Shown here piece after piece: positions 62,400 to 64,000 of a DNA stretch of 64,000 nt; within the stretch, counting starts at the first letter, position 1; each line of letters opens with the position of its first letter. The DNA comes from Camelus dromedarius (Eukaryota). The notes beneath the pieces were generated by a model. It saw only the letters and a program-made list of their open reading frames with translations. It was not told the DNA's origin and made no database searches. The stretch lies in NCBI RefSeq assembly GCF_036321535.1, contig NC_087436.1, positions 19,594,001-19,658,000 of the forward strand. Reading direction: 5' to 3'. The position numbers and the translations under genes were made by a program.

Positions 62400-62945
62400 A
62401 AAGTTAGGACTGGAATAGGGGACATACAGGGCCAACCTGAATGTCATTTCCAGGAGCTCGCTCCCTGTCACATCCTTCTTCCCTTGTTTGGAACTAATGT
62501 GAGAGCGCTTTCGTGGGTTTGCTTGTTTGTTTTTGTTTTCCACCTCTGAAACTTGACCAGGGAGTCCTGAGAGGGGCCTGGCGTGTTTGAGACATGCCTG
62601 GAAAGAAGGTTCTAGGGAGAGGAAAGCCAGGCTGGAAACTTGTGGCAACCAGACACTGAGGGGATTTGCACATCATAGTAAGGAGGGCCGGCCATGATGG
62701 GTGGGAAGGAGGGAGCTCGCGTGGCTGTGTAAGCAGCAGAGCAGTAGGACGGCAGTGGGAGTCCAGAAGGCAACTTCGGAAGAGCTGGGGAGGGAGACCA
62801 GGGGCTGTGGAGGAGGCCGCTGTACTGCAGGTCCAACGAAGGATGAGGCGAACAGTAACCATGAGGACAGCGAGAAGGCAGGACTCAGGAGGTCACTGGG
62901 AGGCAGATGGGCAGGATTTGGTGACCGACTGGATGCAGGTGTCCT
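62400..62945 (-). mobile_element. L2 remnant
   Basis: GGAGACCAGGGGCTGTGGAGGAGGCCGCTGTACTGCAGGTCC...GGATTTGGTGACCGACTGGATG. Confidence 0.5.
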
Positions 62946-63869
62946 AGCAAGAATCCCAGCCCAGGAAGTGCTGGGTGCATGGGATGGGGGCCCCAGAGCT
63001 AGCAGCAGTCGGACGTTAGACCCAGTCTCCACACCAGAAAATACTAATGAAATATAAATAAAATGAGTGACGTAATGGGCAAAGCACCAATTTAGAGAAT
63101 ACAGTTCTAGCCCCATCATGTCTGTTTGGGGTCCAAGTTGCTCGGGCCGCCAAGGTAAGTGGAAGGGAGACCTTCTGCTCTGTAGACCCCCTTCCTTGGT
63201 GAGGATCTAGTGTACCCCATACAGGGGGAAATCTCAGGGATTGAATCTGGCTCCTCTGAGCCTCTGTCTCACCAGGAGGGAGGAAATCTCAACCTTCTGT
63301 TAAGTCAGGAGAGAATCTGGGGGGCCCAGAAAACTAGGGGGAGGGCATTCCATCACCACACTTATCCTGGTTTTCCAAGGTCACAAGGTCACCGGAAGGC
63401 TGCTGCTCAGATGCATCCGTGCACAGAAGGGTTCACATCTCAAGCCAGGCTGGGCTCTGACGTCCCCAGATGCACTGTGTGACCTTGGCCCTCTGGGGGT
63501 CTCCCACCCCCTCCACTGGGTCCCACACGACTGGGGCACAGATTCCTGCTGCTGGGAAAGCGGAGACGTGGCCTACCTCTTCTTCACCCTCCTCCACTCC
63601 CTTCCTAGTTGTGGGGACCACAGACTCTCCCCCGCCACTCCCCCCTTCCCCAGGTCACCTGACATAATCCACCCACCACAGAGAGAGGGATGATGTTCCA
63701 ACACCCCTGATGGAGGGGTTCTCAAAAGGCCAGCCACTTGGTTAAAGGGGGTGGCCAAGAGCTGGAGAGAGCACACGGATGGCTCAATAAATAATTCTGC
63801 CATTCACCCAGGTACTAAGAGTTCCTGTTGTTGGAAACCAGAGGAACACCTTATCTGAGACAGGACCCT

Positions 63870-64000
63870 CATTGCCTGCACGACCACAGCCTCCACTGAG
63901 CTGGCTGCACACCCTGGGCCACTCTCTCCACTGTTTGCAAATTGGCTCATGAATCCTCATGACCCCAGAAGGGCCTTACTACTATTATCCCATTTTATAG
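63870..64000 (-). mobile_element. MIR SINE (runs off the window)
   Basis: CTCATGAATCCTCATGACCCC...ACTATTATCCCATTTTATAG. Confidence 0.55.

Overview
Mammalian genomic DNA, very probably camelid (alpaca/camel), judged from seven tRNA-derived Vic-1-type SINEs and camelid-type L1 ends. Two genes converge tail to tail. On the + strand is the 3' end of SLC10A7: about 22 kb of intron, a 146-bp coding exon at 21944-22089, the terminal coding segment GVKLTRPTV* at 24261-24290 and an AU-rich 3'UTR of about 2-2.5 kb. On the - strand is a complete six-exon REELD1 CDS (59211->48913, 1593 nt, 530 aa, all GT-AG, phases consistent). Between them lie a young 5'-truncated L1 with a perfect 14-bp TSD (31075-34933), an apparent ancient LF-SINE copy (about 35390-35690), a CpG-rich stretch, and NRF1 and CTCF motifs. 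The rest is ordinary MIR, L2, MER5/MER20, MLT1 and L1 fragments plus microsatellites. The most interesting observations are the LF-SINE, a frameshifted remnant of the human SLC10A7 alternative exon, and an apparent acceptor shift in REELD1. I found no evidence for a wholly new multi-gene system. Family names and human comparisons come from recalled sequences, not database searches.
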